In this document: piece after piece, positions 1 through 9,209 of the stretch
How the letters are laid out: every line of letters starts with the position of its first letter
How positions within the stretch are numbered: position 1 is the stretch's first letter
The notes under the pieces: generated by a model
What the model saw: the letters and a program-made list of their open reading frames with translations, nothing else
Database searches by the model: none
What the model was told of the DNA's origin: nothing
From: an uncultured archaeon
GTDB taxonomy: Archaea > Asgardarchaeota > Thorarchaeia > Thorarchaeales > Thorarchaeaceae
Direction: 5' to 3'
Length of the DNA stretch: 64,000 nt
Assembly (NCBI GenBank): GCA_964610875.1
Contig: CAZSWP010000016.1
Location: 1 to 64,000 of the forward strand
Position numbers and translations under genes: made by a program

Positions 1-52
1 ATTCACTAAAGAAATGTCCAACTTTGACCAGATTTCTTGTAACTGTTGGCAA
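1..52 (-). CDS. Possible 5' end of a gene running off the left edge (MPTVTRNLVKVGHFFSE...)
   Basis: TTG at 52 preceded by AGGGG; frame open to the window edge; too short to identify. Confidence 0.3.
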   Translation of the reverse strand, partial: MPTVTRNLVKVGHFFSE

Positions 53-178
53 CCCCTATTTCAATAATCAAGAAAAGTGTAAAAGCAAAACACTGTTTAT
101 TCTATTCGGGAATCGTTCCATCATTTCTGATTTTCAAGTAATTCCTATGGTCTACGATATTTTAGACTATAGAAGAAC

Positions 179-262
179 TCAGAATGGTTCTATATCAGGG
201 TCTGGGTCAATTCTAGAGTATGGTTCTATATCAGGGTCTGGGTCAGTTGTATAACATTTCAT
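179..262 (-). CDS. Putative 27-aa micropeptide MKCYTTDPDPDIEPYSRIDPDPDIEPF
   Basis: Manual translation, ATG 262 to TGA 179; internal in-frame repeat; paralog at 433-492. Confidence 0.55.
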   Translation of the reverse strand: MKCYTTDPDPDIEPYSRIDPDPDIEPF

Positions 263-503
263 GTTAGTTCATATATTCAATCAGAAAGACCAGTGTTACG
301 CACGTTATTTGATTATAGTATAATTAGATTCGGCCAAGAATGAATCAGAGTGGTAAATCATGCTACACCTCCCCCATTATCATGCACGAGCTTAAATTGC
401 AGAGAGCAACACGTGAATTGATATGGAATTCCTTATAATCGCAAAACGAATGGTTCTGCATCAGGGTCTGGGTCAGTTGTATAATATCTCATGTTAGTTC
501 ATA
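184..503. repeat. Three direct copies of ATGGTTCT(AT/GC)ATCAGGGTCTGGGTCA (184-209, 220-245, 450-475); 220-273 and 450-503 form a ~54-bp near-identical duplication
   Basis: Read directly from the sequence. Confidence 0.95.
433..492 (-). CDS. Putative 19-aa micropeptide MRYYTTDPDPDAEPFVLRL
   Basis: Manual translation, ATG 492 to TAA 433; same upstream TATGAACTAAC context as the 179-262 copy. Confidence 0.5.
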   Translation of the reverse strand: MRYYTTDPDPDAEPFVLRL

Positions 504-545
504 ATGTACAAAGCGGAATTAAACGAAATCATGGGTGTAAATGAA

Positions 546-803
546 ATGATTATTGAGACCACAATTCTAGTAGCAATTTATGCTGTCTGGATTATCATTC
601 TTGTAAATTCAATGGTATCCAGCGAAGAGATTTCGTTGACGATAGCTACACTACCATTCATAATAACATTCCCGATTACATTACTCCTTACAGCCATACT
701 AGAACCTCAACTCCCTGGGGTATTCACAATAAATTTTGCAATTATTCTGGTAGTTGGCATACTACTTTTTGTACGTTGGATTATGGCAATAGCTGGGGAA
801 TGA
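546..803 (+). CDS. Small membrane protein, about 3 TM helices, unknown function
   Basis: Hydrophobic ORF; start at 546 chosen, 504 also possible. Confidence 0.7.
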   Translation: MIIETTILVAIYAVWIIILVNSMVSSEEISLTIATLPFIITFPITLLLTAILEPQLPGVFTINFAIILVVGILLFVRWIMAIAGE

Positions 804-834
804 AATATTAAGAAACTAGAGGGAGTCCTGACAG

Positions 835-993
835 CTAATCTTTGCGTTTGAACTCGGTATAACCGCATCGACCACATGAGAACCGATTGAAGTGTTCTGC
901 CATATAGGTGCCCTTTTCACAACGTGGGCATGCTCTCTTCTGAGATGTGACCTTGCCGCTCTTTGAATCAACTTTATACATTTTATGTGACAT
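835..993 (-). CDS. rps27ae: 30S ribosomal protein eS31 (S27ae)
   Basis: Not in ORF track; MSHKMYKV...CPRCEKGTYMAEHFNRFSCGRCGYTEF zinc finger; directly after rps24e. Confidence 0.95.
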   Translation of the reverse strand: MSHKMYKVDSKSGKVTSQKRACPRCEKGTYMAEHFNRFSCGRCGYTEFKRKD

Positions 994-996
994 TAA

Positions 997-1293
997 TTAG
1001 CCCTCCGCAGATTTTTTGCCCTCGTGTCTCTTAACGATATGGTCAAGTTCAACCAGTTTCATCTTTTCTGGATTTTCGTAGATTCGTGCAAATCCCTCAG
1101 ATACTCCTAGACCATACTTTGTTTCCATCTGTCTGACAACAACAGCCATAGGGTCTGCATCAAACTGTGCGACTATCTTATCTTTTACGTCCGCCCTACT
1201 TGGAGTTCCAGTACCTCTGTGGTCTACTCTGAACTGAATCTCTTTCCTTGCAAGGGGTTTATTCTCCTTCTCATGGAGTATCTCAAATTTCAT
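997..1293 (-). CDS. rps24e: 30S ribosomal protein eS24
   Basis: ENKPLARKEI, GTPSRADVK, YGLGVSEGFARIY motifs. Confidence 0.95.
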   Translation of the reverse strand: MKFEILHEKENKPLARKEIQFRVDHRGTGTPSRADVKDKIVAQFDADPMAVVVRQMETKYGLGVSEGFARIYENPEKMKLVELDHIVKRHEGKKSAEG

Positions 1294-1392
1294 TGGTATC
1301 ACTCTTGAAATGCACGGCCCGTGCCAGCAGCGGGTCAGGCACTCGACTTGTGGTTGTCTAATAAAGTTTTCACCACTGACAAATTCTAGCAG

Positions 1393-1605
1393 TTATCTCA
1401 CCTTAAGGGCGTACTTGCCAGGTTTATCTATGTTGAGCCGCTCTGCAATGTATGAGCTCTTTCGAGGGTCATCATGTGGGTCCTTTCCTGGCAGAATCAC
1501 AACTATTCCTGTGTAAGAGGTAGATAGATTGGTACTTCTGCAATTGGGACACTGAGGTTCAGTCGTGAGATAATGACAATCACGACATGCTTTTGCTCTT
1601 GCCAT
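1393..1605 (-). CDS. spt4: Transcription elongation factor Spt4 (RpoE2)
   Basis: KACRDC...CPNC, PGKYALKVR. Confidence 0.95.
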   Translation of the reverse strand: MARAKACRDCHYLTTEPQCPNCRSTNLSTSYTGIVVILPGKDPHDDPRKSSYIAERLNIDKPGKYALKVR

Positions 1606-1620
1606 TGAATTTCCCTTCGT

Positions 1621-2205
1621 TTACTTCTTCTTCTTTGATTCACCACGGGCTGCCTTGAGGTCTTCTTCAACCCATGATGCTTCAGGCCCAATTTTCCCAA
1701 GGAATGGTTGACGCATGGTCAGACCGAGTTTCCCTGATCGGTTTCCAGATTCGAAACTAATAGACGTTATACGGGCTCGCACTTGGTCCCCCTCAGATAG
1801 GGTTCTGCCTGTTTCCTTTCCAAGGAGAGAATTGCCCTTTGAGTCCTGTGTTATGAAATCATCGCAGATCTGACTCACATGGCACAGACCATCTAATGGT
1901 CCCATTCTAATAAATGCTCCAAAATCCATGAGCTCGACCACATTTCCTTCAACAAGTTCTCCTCGAACTGGTTTGAAAACGAGTACCTTATACTGGACTG
2001 TATGGTAGGTTGCTCCATCTCCAGGCATAAGACGTCCTTGTCCAATCTCATCAATATCTATAACAGATATCATTAGGCCAATATCTCGGTCCAAGACATT
2101 CTCACTTGATTGTCGAAGGTGATTCAGTGCAGCTTTTTCTATTGGCTCACCGAACTCACTTGGGGGAATCCTTACAATATCACGGACCGTTACAACTGAA
2201 TACAT
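1621..2205 (-). CDS. rpo7: RNA polymerase subunit Rpo7 (RpoE1)
   Basis: VRIPPSEFG, PGDGA, FGAFIRMGPLDGLCHVSQI, GLTMRQPFLG. Confidence 0.96.
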   Translation of the reverse strand: MYSVVTVRDIVRIPPSEFGEPIEKAALNHLRQSSENVLDRDIGLMISVIDIDEIGQGRLMPGDGATYHTVQYKVLVFKPVRGELVEGNVVELMDFGAFIRMGPLDGLCHVSQICDDFITQDSKGNSLLGKETGRTLSEGDQVRARITSISFESGNRSGKLGLTMRQPFLGKIGPEASWVEEDLKAARGESKKKK

Positions 2206-2332
2206 TTCTAGAAGCTCCTTGTATTAGATTGATGAGTTGTAGAACAACCAGACCTCAGAATGCGCATAATCTGAGTCCACCGGCTCAGCGGTGGAACGCT
2301 TTACTAAACATAAAAACGTTGTGACAAGACCA

Positions 2333-2734
2333 TCAAATCACAATTCCTTCTAACTCGAGATGTTTTCTCCCTCTCAACATCAATACTGGAATTCTTGCTT
2401 TTCGTGCTCTCTCTCTCAATTCTTTATCATTTGTTGCAAGTATACCCTTTATTGCACCTGTATATTCTAACAATTGGTCATCAACAGAACCGGACAGCCC
2501 TTGTGACGGTACAATTTTACATCTCTTTGATATATCCTTTGCAATTCTGAACATTCTCAGTTCTAATCTATCTTGAGTATTCGCAATCTTGTTGTCTATC
2601 TCTTTCAAGACTGATTCTAAAAGGACAAACTCGATTGTCTGTTCAATCACGCGTTCTGTTTCTTTGAAGATGTCCACACCGAATTGTGCAGGTACTGCAA
2701 GAAAGTTTGTGTCAACGACCACCGTGATTGGCAT
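2333..2734 (-). CDS. PIN-domain nuclease, Fcf1/Utp24-like
   Basis: VVVDTNFL, VDD, ATNDKELR; conserved position after aIF2-gamma. Confidence 0.85.
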   Translation of the reverse strand: MPITVVVDTNFLAVPAQFGVDIFKETERVIEQTIEFVLLESVLKEIDNKIANTQDRLELRMFRIAKDISKRCKIVPSQGLSGSVDDQLLEYTGAIKGILATNDKELRERARKARIPVLMLRGRKHLELEGIVI

Positions 2735-2756
2735 ATCGTCACACCACTTTAACAGG

Positions 2757-3995
2757 TCAGACTTCAGCGTAGCCAATAAGCCGCCATTTGTTTTCCACAC
2801 GTCTACCTATTGCAATTCGTTGACCGGACTCTGCTACTACAGGACGTTTCAAAGACATCTCAATCTCATCACCGTGAAGTCGGGTAATCACACCAACTGT
2901 AGCAGCGGTTCCAACAACTAACATTAAGGGTTCTTTCAGTTTCAAGTTCTCTACAGCTTTCTTCGACTCAGAACCAACCACACGTTCCATCAGAATGGGT
3001 TTGACCATTATGGAATCAATAACTTCTGGCATCTTACTTACTTTACCTACAACATTACCAACAAGTCGGTCAGCACGGGTCATAGATGGGTCTAACATAG
3101 TTCCAACCCCAATCAACCCTCCTGGATACGCTTCTTCTAGAGAATTGCCACTACCTGAAAGAAGGCTTGTTACTTTTGCTCGAATGGGCTCAAATCCCTT
3201 ATCGGTCTTATGTCCCGGTGCTATCTCTATTTCGTCACCAATTTTCAACTTGCCTTGGACAATCGAGCCACCCACTACTCCTCCAGTAATGTCTTGAGGA
3301 AGGGTCCCTGGTTTATTGATATCGAATGAACGTGCAACAAACATCTTGGGTGGTGCATCGCTATCTCTATCAGGAGTAGGAATCACTTCTTCTATGGTCT
3401 GAATGAGCAAGTCAGCATTTGCACCAAACACGGCTGAGAATGGAATTATAGGTGCATTCTCTGCAACAGTGCCTTTGATAAATTCCTTGATCTGTTCGTA
3501 ATGTTCCATTGCTTCTTCTTTTGATACCAGTTCTATCTTATTCTGGACAATAATGATATTTTTCACGCCAACTATCTCAAGTGCATGAAGGTGTTCTGAA
3601 GTCTGTGGCATGGGACAGGGCTCGTTGGCAGCGATAACAAGGATTGCACCATCCATGATACTTGCACCGCTCAAACATGTGGCCATCAGTGATTCGTGTC
3701 CTGGACTGTCTACAAACGAAATCTCTCTAAGTACCTCTACATCTCCTCCACATTTTGGACATTTGTTGTCCTTTAGTAGGTGTGAAGTTGTGAATGATGC
3801 CGGTTCTTTGCATTTCTTACACTTCACGAGTGTAGTTGCAGCATATCCTAGTCTAATAGAAATACCTCTTCTTACTTCATCTGAGTGTCGATCTGTCCAT
3901 TCTCCAGTGAGGTAACTCACCATTGTTGTTTTTCCGTGGTCGACATGTCCTAATGCGCCAATACTAACTTCTGATTGTCCTTCGTACTTTGTCAC
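2757..3995 (-). CDS. eif2g: Translation initiation factor aIF2 gamma subunit
   Basis: GHVDHGKT, RGISIRLGY, DSPGHE, QNKIE, WRLIGY. Confidence 0.97.
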   Translation of the reverse strand: MTKYEGQSEVSIGALGHVDHGKTTMVSYLTGEWTDRHSDEVRRGISIRLGYAATTLVKCKKCKEPASFTTSHLLKDNKCPKCGGDVEVLREISFVDSPGHESLMATCLSGASIMDGAILVIAANEPCPMPQTSEHLHALEIVGVKNIIIVQNKIELVSKEEAMEHYEQIKEFIKGTVAENAPIIPFSAVFGANADLLIQTIEEVIPTPDRDSDAPPKMFVARSFDINKPGTLPQDITGGVVGGSIVQGKLKIGDEIEIAPGHKTDKGFEPIRAKVTSLLSGSGNSLEEAYPGGLIGVGTMLDPSMTRADRLVGNVVGKVSKMPEVIDSIMVKPILMERVVGSESKKAVENLKLKEPLMLVVGTAATVGVITRLHGDEIEMSLKRPVVAESGQRIAIGRRVENKWRLIGYAEV

Positions 3996-4113
3996 CGAAG
4001 TCTCACTTCCGACTGTCCCTTGTTACAGTCAGACTCAATCAGTTCACATATGAACTCTATGGTCCGAATGTTTAGAATGAACTTGAAACCAATATTCTCA
4101 AGATTAATGCGAG

Positions 4114-4497
4114 CTATACAGCTTGAGTGATCAGTTCCTCGATAGGTGTACTGCCTTTCTCTTCAATACGCATATTGACTTGAGAAATATCGGGACTCAA
4201 CTCGCGTCCTCTGACCATTTTACGCTTCGCAATACCCTCTCTCTTAGGTTTGAAACCAGGACGGCCACGGATGAGGATTCTTCTCTTTCCGCTTCCATGA
4301 ACATCACGACGGATTGGAAAACCTGATGTGTCACTACCACCAGTGATTTTTAGCTTGTATCCTGGTAAGCCTAGTGAGTCACCATTGACAATATCTCCAA
4401 CTGTTTTTCCAACCAATGAGTTTGTCTTAGCATCATCCAATTCGTATTGGACTGCTGTTCCTGTTTCTGGGTCACTGATTACAAGCTTAAAAGGCAA
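4114..4497 (-). CDS. rps6e: 30S ribosomal protein eS6
   Basis: FKLVISDP, LKITGGSDTSGFP, RKMVRG. Confidence 0.96.
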   Translation of the reverse strand: MPFKLVISDPETGTAVQYELDDAKTNSLVGKTVGDIVNGDSLGLPGYKLKITGGSDTSGFPIRRDVHGSGKRRILIRGRPGFKPKREGIAKRKMVRGRELSPDISQVNMRIEEKGSTPIEELITQAV

Positions 4498-4660
4498 CTA
4501 ATTCTCGCCTACCTAATGTGTTTTTGTTGGTCCATTCAATGGACAACAGCGCTAGCGTCTTGAATTCACCTTTTGAGGATTGCGGTCTGTCTATCTTACG
4601 CACAGGTCAAAATCATTATAACTGACATAAAGATGCGTTCTCTATCATTCCCACTGTGAT

Positions 4661-5827
4661 GTGATACTCGTGGACATATTTACCGCCTTACTAATAGTAT
4701 TTGCAATATACATTCTTGTTTACATAATTGGTCAAGCAGTTGGTGTTGAGAAACTTAAAGAGCGCGGACTTGAAATCGGCACTCCATTCTTTATCATGTA
4801 TAAGACCGAGCGTCTTAATGCATTCCTTACCCGAGTTGGAAAGAAATTTCCACGAGCATTCTTCAATTTGGGGGTTGTTGTTGCCTTTGGTGGCATGTTA
4901 TTCGGTTTCTGGCTTTTTACTGATAATTTATTGAAATTCTTCATTCGGCCAGAAGCTGCAGGTGGTGTAGTACCAATTATCCCTGGCGTTACAATCACCG
5001 GATTACCTCTGGTGTATATGTTAATAGGAATCGCAATTACCCTCCTCACTCATGAATTTGCACATGGCCTCGCATGTTCAAAAGATGATATACCCATTAA
5101 GAGCTCAGGATTAATATTTTTCACACTGTTATTCGGAGGCTTTGTAGAACCCGATGAAGAAACCTTCGAGAATGAAGCCAGTCCAAGAGACAGGATGCGA
5201 ATGCTTGCTGCTGGCTCTTTTATGAACCTGATATTTGCAGTGATTTTTATGCTAGTCTTGGCAAATATGACCGCTGTACTATCATTAGGCTTCAACCCTC
5301 CAAGTGGTGCATACATCTACGATATTGCTCCAGAGTCTCCAGCATCCGAAGCTCTCTCAATTGGTGATGTGATTGTAGGATTGAATGACACTGAGATAGA
5401 AACATGGAACGAAGTATCGTTCTTTATGAACAATGCAACATCTGGGAGCCAATTGACGATACATACACTTGATGGGTCTGTAACTATCATACTTGCTGAA
5501 AGCGAAGCGAATGCAACACGAGGGTATATTGGGGTCTATGGTGCTGACTATTGGGAGCCAAAGGTGCCCTTTATTGACCCAATGTTTGCATTTCACTTTC
5601 AACAGACTTTCGTTTGGGGCTTTGTCATATTGCTCTCAATCGCGTTGTTCAACCTTCTTCCCATTCCAGTCTTTGATGGTGACAAGCTCTTGAAAAATAT
5701 CCTAACATTGATCACAGATGATGAACGAAAGATTGCATTTGTTATGTGGCCTGCTAGAATTGCCAGTATTGTGATAGTTGTATTGAGTGTAGTCTTGTCG
5801 CTGATAATGGGTAAGGGCCTATTCTAG
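4661..5827 (+). CDS. Site-2 protease (M50) with PDZ domain
   Basis: HEFAH, AAGS, FNLLPIPVFDG; PDZ-like SPASEALSIGDVI. Confidence 0.92.
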   Translation: MILVDIFTALLIVFAIYILVYIIGQAVGVEKLKERGLEIGTPFFIMYKTERLNAFLTRVGKKFPRAFFNLGVVVAFGGMLFGFWLFTDNLLKFFIRPEAAGGVVPIIPGVTITGLPLVYMLIGIAITLLTHEFAHGLACSKDDIPIKSSGLIFFTLLFGGFVEPDEETFENEASPRDRMRMLAAGSFMNLIFAVIFMLVLANMTAVLSLGFNPPSGAYIYDIAPESPASEALSIGDVIVGLNDTEIETWNEVSFFMNNATSGSQLTIHTLDGSVTIILAESEANATRGYIGVYGADYWEPKVPFIDPMFAFHFQQTFVWGFVILLSIALFNLLPIPVFDGDKLLKNILTLITDDERKIAFVMWPARIASIVIVVLSVVLSLIMGKGLF

Positions 5828-5909
5828 ACTCTCATTATAGAAACCTCAGATAGGTGGACATTCTATCTGAGTAAATAAGGCAAGATCCTGAACAAAATAA
5901 AGACCGAAG

Positions 5910-6317
5910 ATGATTACTGCACAAACAATCTCTAGCACTGAGGTCTGTGAGAGAGGAAGAAAGACCCTTACAGATTATCTCTCTCTATTCCTTCCAAGTT
6001 CATGGCAAGAACCACTTGCTCGTCTAAGGCTTATTCTTACAGCAAATGGCACTCCTGACTGGGAGGCCCTCAAAGGACAGGCACTATTATTCTTTGAAGA
6101 GCGCCGTTTGTCTTCAGACAGAGTTGAGTTACTCGCCCGAATCGAGAGGCTTGCTGATGCATTCAAAGATCTATATGCAGCTATCTCTCCTGCTGAATGG
6201 CATAAGAGTATCGATGACATAATCCATGCAGCCAATTTCAGAACCTCAAAAGTTGCAATTCATACAAGTCCATTCCAAAAGATTGCACATGACGAAATAG
6301 AAGAAGATGATGAATAG
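5910..6317 (+). CDS. Hypothetical helical protein
   Basis: Clean ORF filling the gap; no motif recognised. Confidence 0.65.
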   Translation: MITAQTISSTEVCERGRKTLTDYLSLFLPSSWQEPLARLRLILTANGTPDWEALKGQALLFFEERRLSSDRVELLARIERLADAFKDLYAAISPAEWHKSIDDIIHAANFRTSKVAIHTSPFQKIAHDEIEEDDE

Positions 6318-6447
6318 AAACATCAGCGTGCTTCATTCAATGCTACAAAGAATACTTGCATGATAGCTACCTTAGTGGAATCCAGGACCAAATGAGTACT
6401 CTTAACAACATTTGACTAGGTCTATTGATTGTCTGGGGCATCACACT

Positions 6448-7383
6448 ATGACCATTAAGTGTTCGAAATGTGAAAATACTGCTGTCTATCTCAGAAGACA
6501 CACTGCAGAACGACTTTGTCGTGACTGTATCAGACACACCACTATAGATAGAGTTAGGCGTACCATAAATGGATATCAAATGCTGAAGGAAGACGACAGA
6601 ATCATCGTTGCTATCTCTGGTGGTAAAGACAGTGCAGTCTTGTTGGATATTTTGTATCGACTTGAAGAGAACTATGAACAGTCAGAGATAATTCCTGTGA
6701 CAATAGATGAGGGTATTAGAGGCTACCGTGACAGGGCATTACTTGCAGCAGAGAAAATGACTGCTAGTCTAGGGCTGAAACTACAAATCTATTCATTCAA
6801 GAGCCTTTTTGGACTCTCACTTGACGAGATAGTAGAGAAACGTGATGAAGAGAATGCTGTTGGAGCATGCTCATATTGTGGGGTACTTCGAAGAAAAGCA
6901 ATCAATGCTGCTGCCAAAGAACTAGAAGCCGATGTTGTAGCCACTGGTCATAATCTAGATGATGAAGCACAGACCATTATGATGAATATGATGCGCGGAG
7001 ACAGCCTTCGAATCCTTCGTACAAATAGATCGCGACTCAATCCAATACCGGGCTTTGTTCCCAGAATAAAACCCGTAATGCTTCTCACAGAACGGGATAT
7101 AGTCGCATATGCTCACAACTTCGATCTTCCTTACCATGATGTTCCATGCCCATACGCTGTAGAGGCTTATAGGAACGATCTTAGAGAATTTTTGAATGAG
7201 ATGGAACACAAGAGACCTGGTACACTGACAGCGATTCTAAGATCTGGAGAGGCTATAACAAAAGCGCTTGAAGAAAATATACCGCCATCCGAATTCAAAA
7301 CCTGTCAAATATGTGGGTCTCCAACACCTGCTGACATTTGTAAAGCATGTAGAATGCTTGAAACCATCCGAAAGAGGGGATAA
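6448..7383 (+). CDS. ncsA: tRNA 2-thiolation protein, NcsA/TtuA/Ncs6 family
   Basis: SGGKDS PP-loop, CSYCGVLRR, TGHNLDD, terminal CxxC zinc fingers. Confidence 0.9.
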   Translation: MTIKCSKCENTAVYLRRHTAERLCRDCIRHTTIDRVRRTINGYQMLKEDDRIIVAISGGKDSAVLLDILYRLEENYEQSEIIPVTIDEGIRGYRDRALLAAEKMTASLGLKLQIYSFKSLFGLSLDEIVEKRDEENAVGACSYCGVLRRKAINAAAKELEADVVATGHNLDDEAQTIMMNMMRGDSLRILRTNRSRLNPIPGFVPRIKPVMLLTERDIVAYAHNFDLPYHDVPCPYAVEAYRNDLREFLNEMEHKRPGTLTAILRSGEAITKALEENIPPSEFKTCQICGSPTPADICKACRMLETIRKRG

Positions 7384-7386
7384 GCA

Positions 7387-8088
7387 ATGGCAAAAAGACC
7401 AGAGATATCACATGACATGCGCAAAGTCATCTATGACGATGCACACTGGTCTAGACTAAGTAAATTGAGGAAACGTGCATTCGATGTTATGTCAGCTTTG
7501 AAAGCCACTCGTTTGTCCTCTTATGTCTACGGTTCGGTGGCGCGAGGTGATGTTTCTGAATCTTCAGATATCGACATCATAATTCCCTCTGTTGTCGCAA
7601 GCTACAAGATTGAATTGGCCATTACTAATTATATTCGTAGAGAACTGGTACAAGCAACACCTTCCTCTGTACTAAAGGGACATATTCATCTCGACGAAAA
7701 TACAGTCATCACATTTCCCTTGTTCAAAATGATGCAACGTGAACGTGATTTCTATGCTTGGGGCGGGATGGTGAATGCCAGTCAAATTGAAAATGATATA
7801 CGAGTTCCTGGTGTAGATAAACGATTGATGTTGATTGAACCTACAAAAGATGGTCATATCGAATCAGGGGTCATTGGACATGAGAGTATGGTTTGTAAGA
7901 AACTGGATGTTGCCCCATCGATTGCCCAAGAGCGCGTAAGAGTGCTTACTAGACGGGACACTGTAGGGAGAACCGGTGTCTATATCACACGAGCACTTCA
8001 TCCTGATGAATCATTTGAAGAGGTAGCAAAACAGCTTCAGGATGAAGACCCTGCGTTGCGACGTACTATCATGAGAAGAGAAGGTTGA
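7387..8088 (+). CDS. Nucleotidyltransferase-domain protein
   Basis: YGSVARGDV..SDIDI, RVPGVDKRL. Confidence 0.85.
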   Translation: MAKRPEISHDMRKVIYDDAHWSRLSKLRKRAFDVMSALKATRLSSYVYGSVARGDVSESSDIDIIIPSVVASYKIELAITNYIRRELVQATPSSVLKGHIHLDENTVITFPLFKMMQRERDFYAWGGMVNASQIENDIRVPGVDKRLMLIEPTKDGHIESGVIGHESMVCKKLDVAPSIAQERVRVLTRRDTVGRTGVYITRALHPDESFEEVAKQLQDEDPALRRTIMRREG

Positions 8089-9209
8089 CTAATGAAATGA
8101 GAAGAATCATTCGTGAACTTGTAGGTCGTTCATATCTTGTGGGAACACTTCCTAAAGGGTGCAAGTTGTGTGCTGAAGGAAAGAAGATGGTTCTTTTTGT
8201 CACAGGTATCTGTGATAGCTCGTGTTATTACTGTCCTCTATCGGAGAACAAAATGGGTAAGGATGTAATATTTGCTGATGAAATGCCTGTGGAAAAAGAT
8301 GCAGACATTATTGAAGAAGCGCATGCAATAGGCAGCAAAGGTGCTGGAATTAGTGGTGGTGACCCTTTGAATGTGCTTGATCGGACACTCCACTACCTCT
8401 CACTACTAAAAGAAAACTTTGGTACGGATTTTCACACTCATCTCTATACCAGTAAGTCAACTGTCAACAACGAAACAATTGAGGCATTAATCGATGCTGG
8501 ATTGGATGAAATCAGATTTCATCCACAGACTAAAGATTTGAGTGGAATCAGAACAGCATTGGCACACAGTATTGATGTGGGGGTTGAAGTACCTGTCATT
8601 CCTGGTGCCGATGAACGACTAAAGGAGCTGATTGATAATCTAGAGAATCTGGATGTGAAATTCATAAACCTCAACGAACTTGAGGCAAGTGAAACTAATT
8701 TTGAAAAACTGACCCGCAAAGGAATGAAATTGGTTGGAATGCATACTGCAAGTATTGAAGGTAGTTTTGAAACCGCAATGAAAGTATTGGAATGGGCTTC
8801 AAATCATACTCAATCAATCTCAGTCCATTACTGTTCTGCCCATTACAAAGATGCAGTTCAGATGCGTAATCGTCTTGAACGACGACTTGAGAGGGTCATT
8901 CGACCTTTTGAGATGCATGACGATGAAGACGCCTTATTGGTCCTAGGAATTATCAGGGCACAACACGGTTCATCTCTAACAATTGATGATTTGTTCTCAC
9001 TTCAACGGGAACTGAACGAATTAGAAATTCCTGAGGAACTGTACAATCTTGATAAAGTCAGAATGAGGATTGAGATTGCTCCTTGGGTTCTTGAAGAAAT
9101 CATTGACGAGTTACGAAGATTTACATTGACTACAACAAAACTTGAGATGGGCATTGCATATGAATATCCTTCATATGACAGACTCCAGACACTTTTTGAG
9201 CCCCTTTAG
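8085..9209 (+). CDS. Radical SAM protein (conserved archaeal family)
   Basis: CDSSCYYC, GGDP, LDEIRFH, FINLNELE. Confidence 0.9.
   Translation: MTNEMRRIIRELVGRSYLVGTLPKGCKLCAEGKKMVLFVTGICDSSCYYCPLSENKMGKDVIFADEMPVEKDADIIEEAHAIGSKGAGISGGDPLNVLDRTLHYLSLLKENFGTDFHTHLYTSKSTVNNETIEALIDAGLDEIRFHPQTKDLSGIRTALAHSIDVGVEVPVIPGADERLKELIDNLENLDVKFINLNELEASETNFEKLTRKGMKLVGMHTASIEGSFETAMKVLEWASNHTQSISVHYCSAHYKDAVQMRNRLERRLERVIRPFEMHDDEDALLVLGIIRAQHGSSLTIDDLFSLQRELNELEIPEELYNLDKVRMRIEIAPWVLEEIIDELRRFTLTTTKLEMGIAYEYPSYDRLQTLFEPL

Noticed and set aside
24-254. Plus-strand ORF with GSISGSGS repeats
   Set aside because: Probably the antisense shadow; the third repeat copy is not in a comparable plus-strand ORF, whereas the minus-strand ATG context is conserved.
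184-503. Repeats as a mini CRISPR array
   Set aside because: Spacers are 10 and ~204 bp, no cas genes are present, and the repeats read as in-frame peptide on the minus strand.
835-993. Ubiquitin fusion to eS31 (likewise to eS30 at 60469)
   Set aside because: Both are stand-alone genes with no room or frame for a ubiquitin-like domain.
1321-1331. GTGCCAGCAGC matching 16S rRNA near position 515
   Set aside because: Only 11 nt, with no properly placed C/D boxes; compatible with chance.
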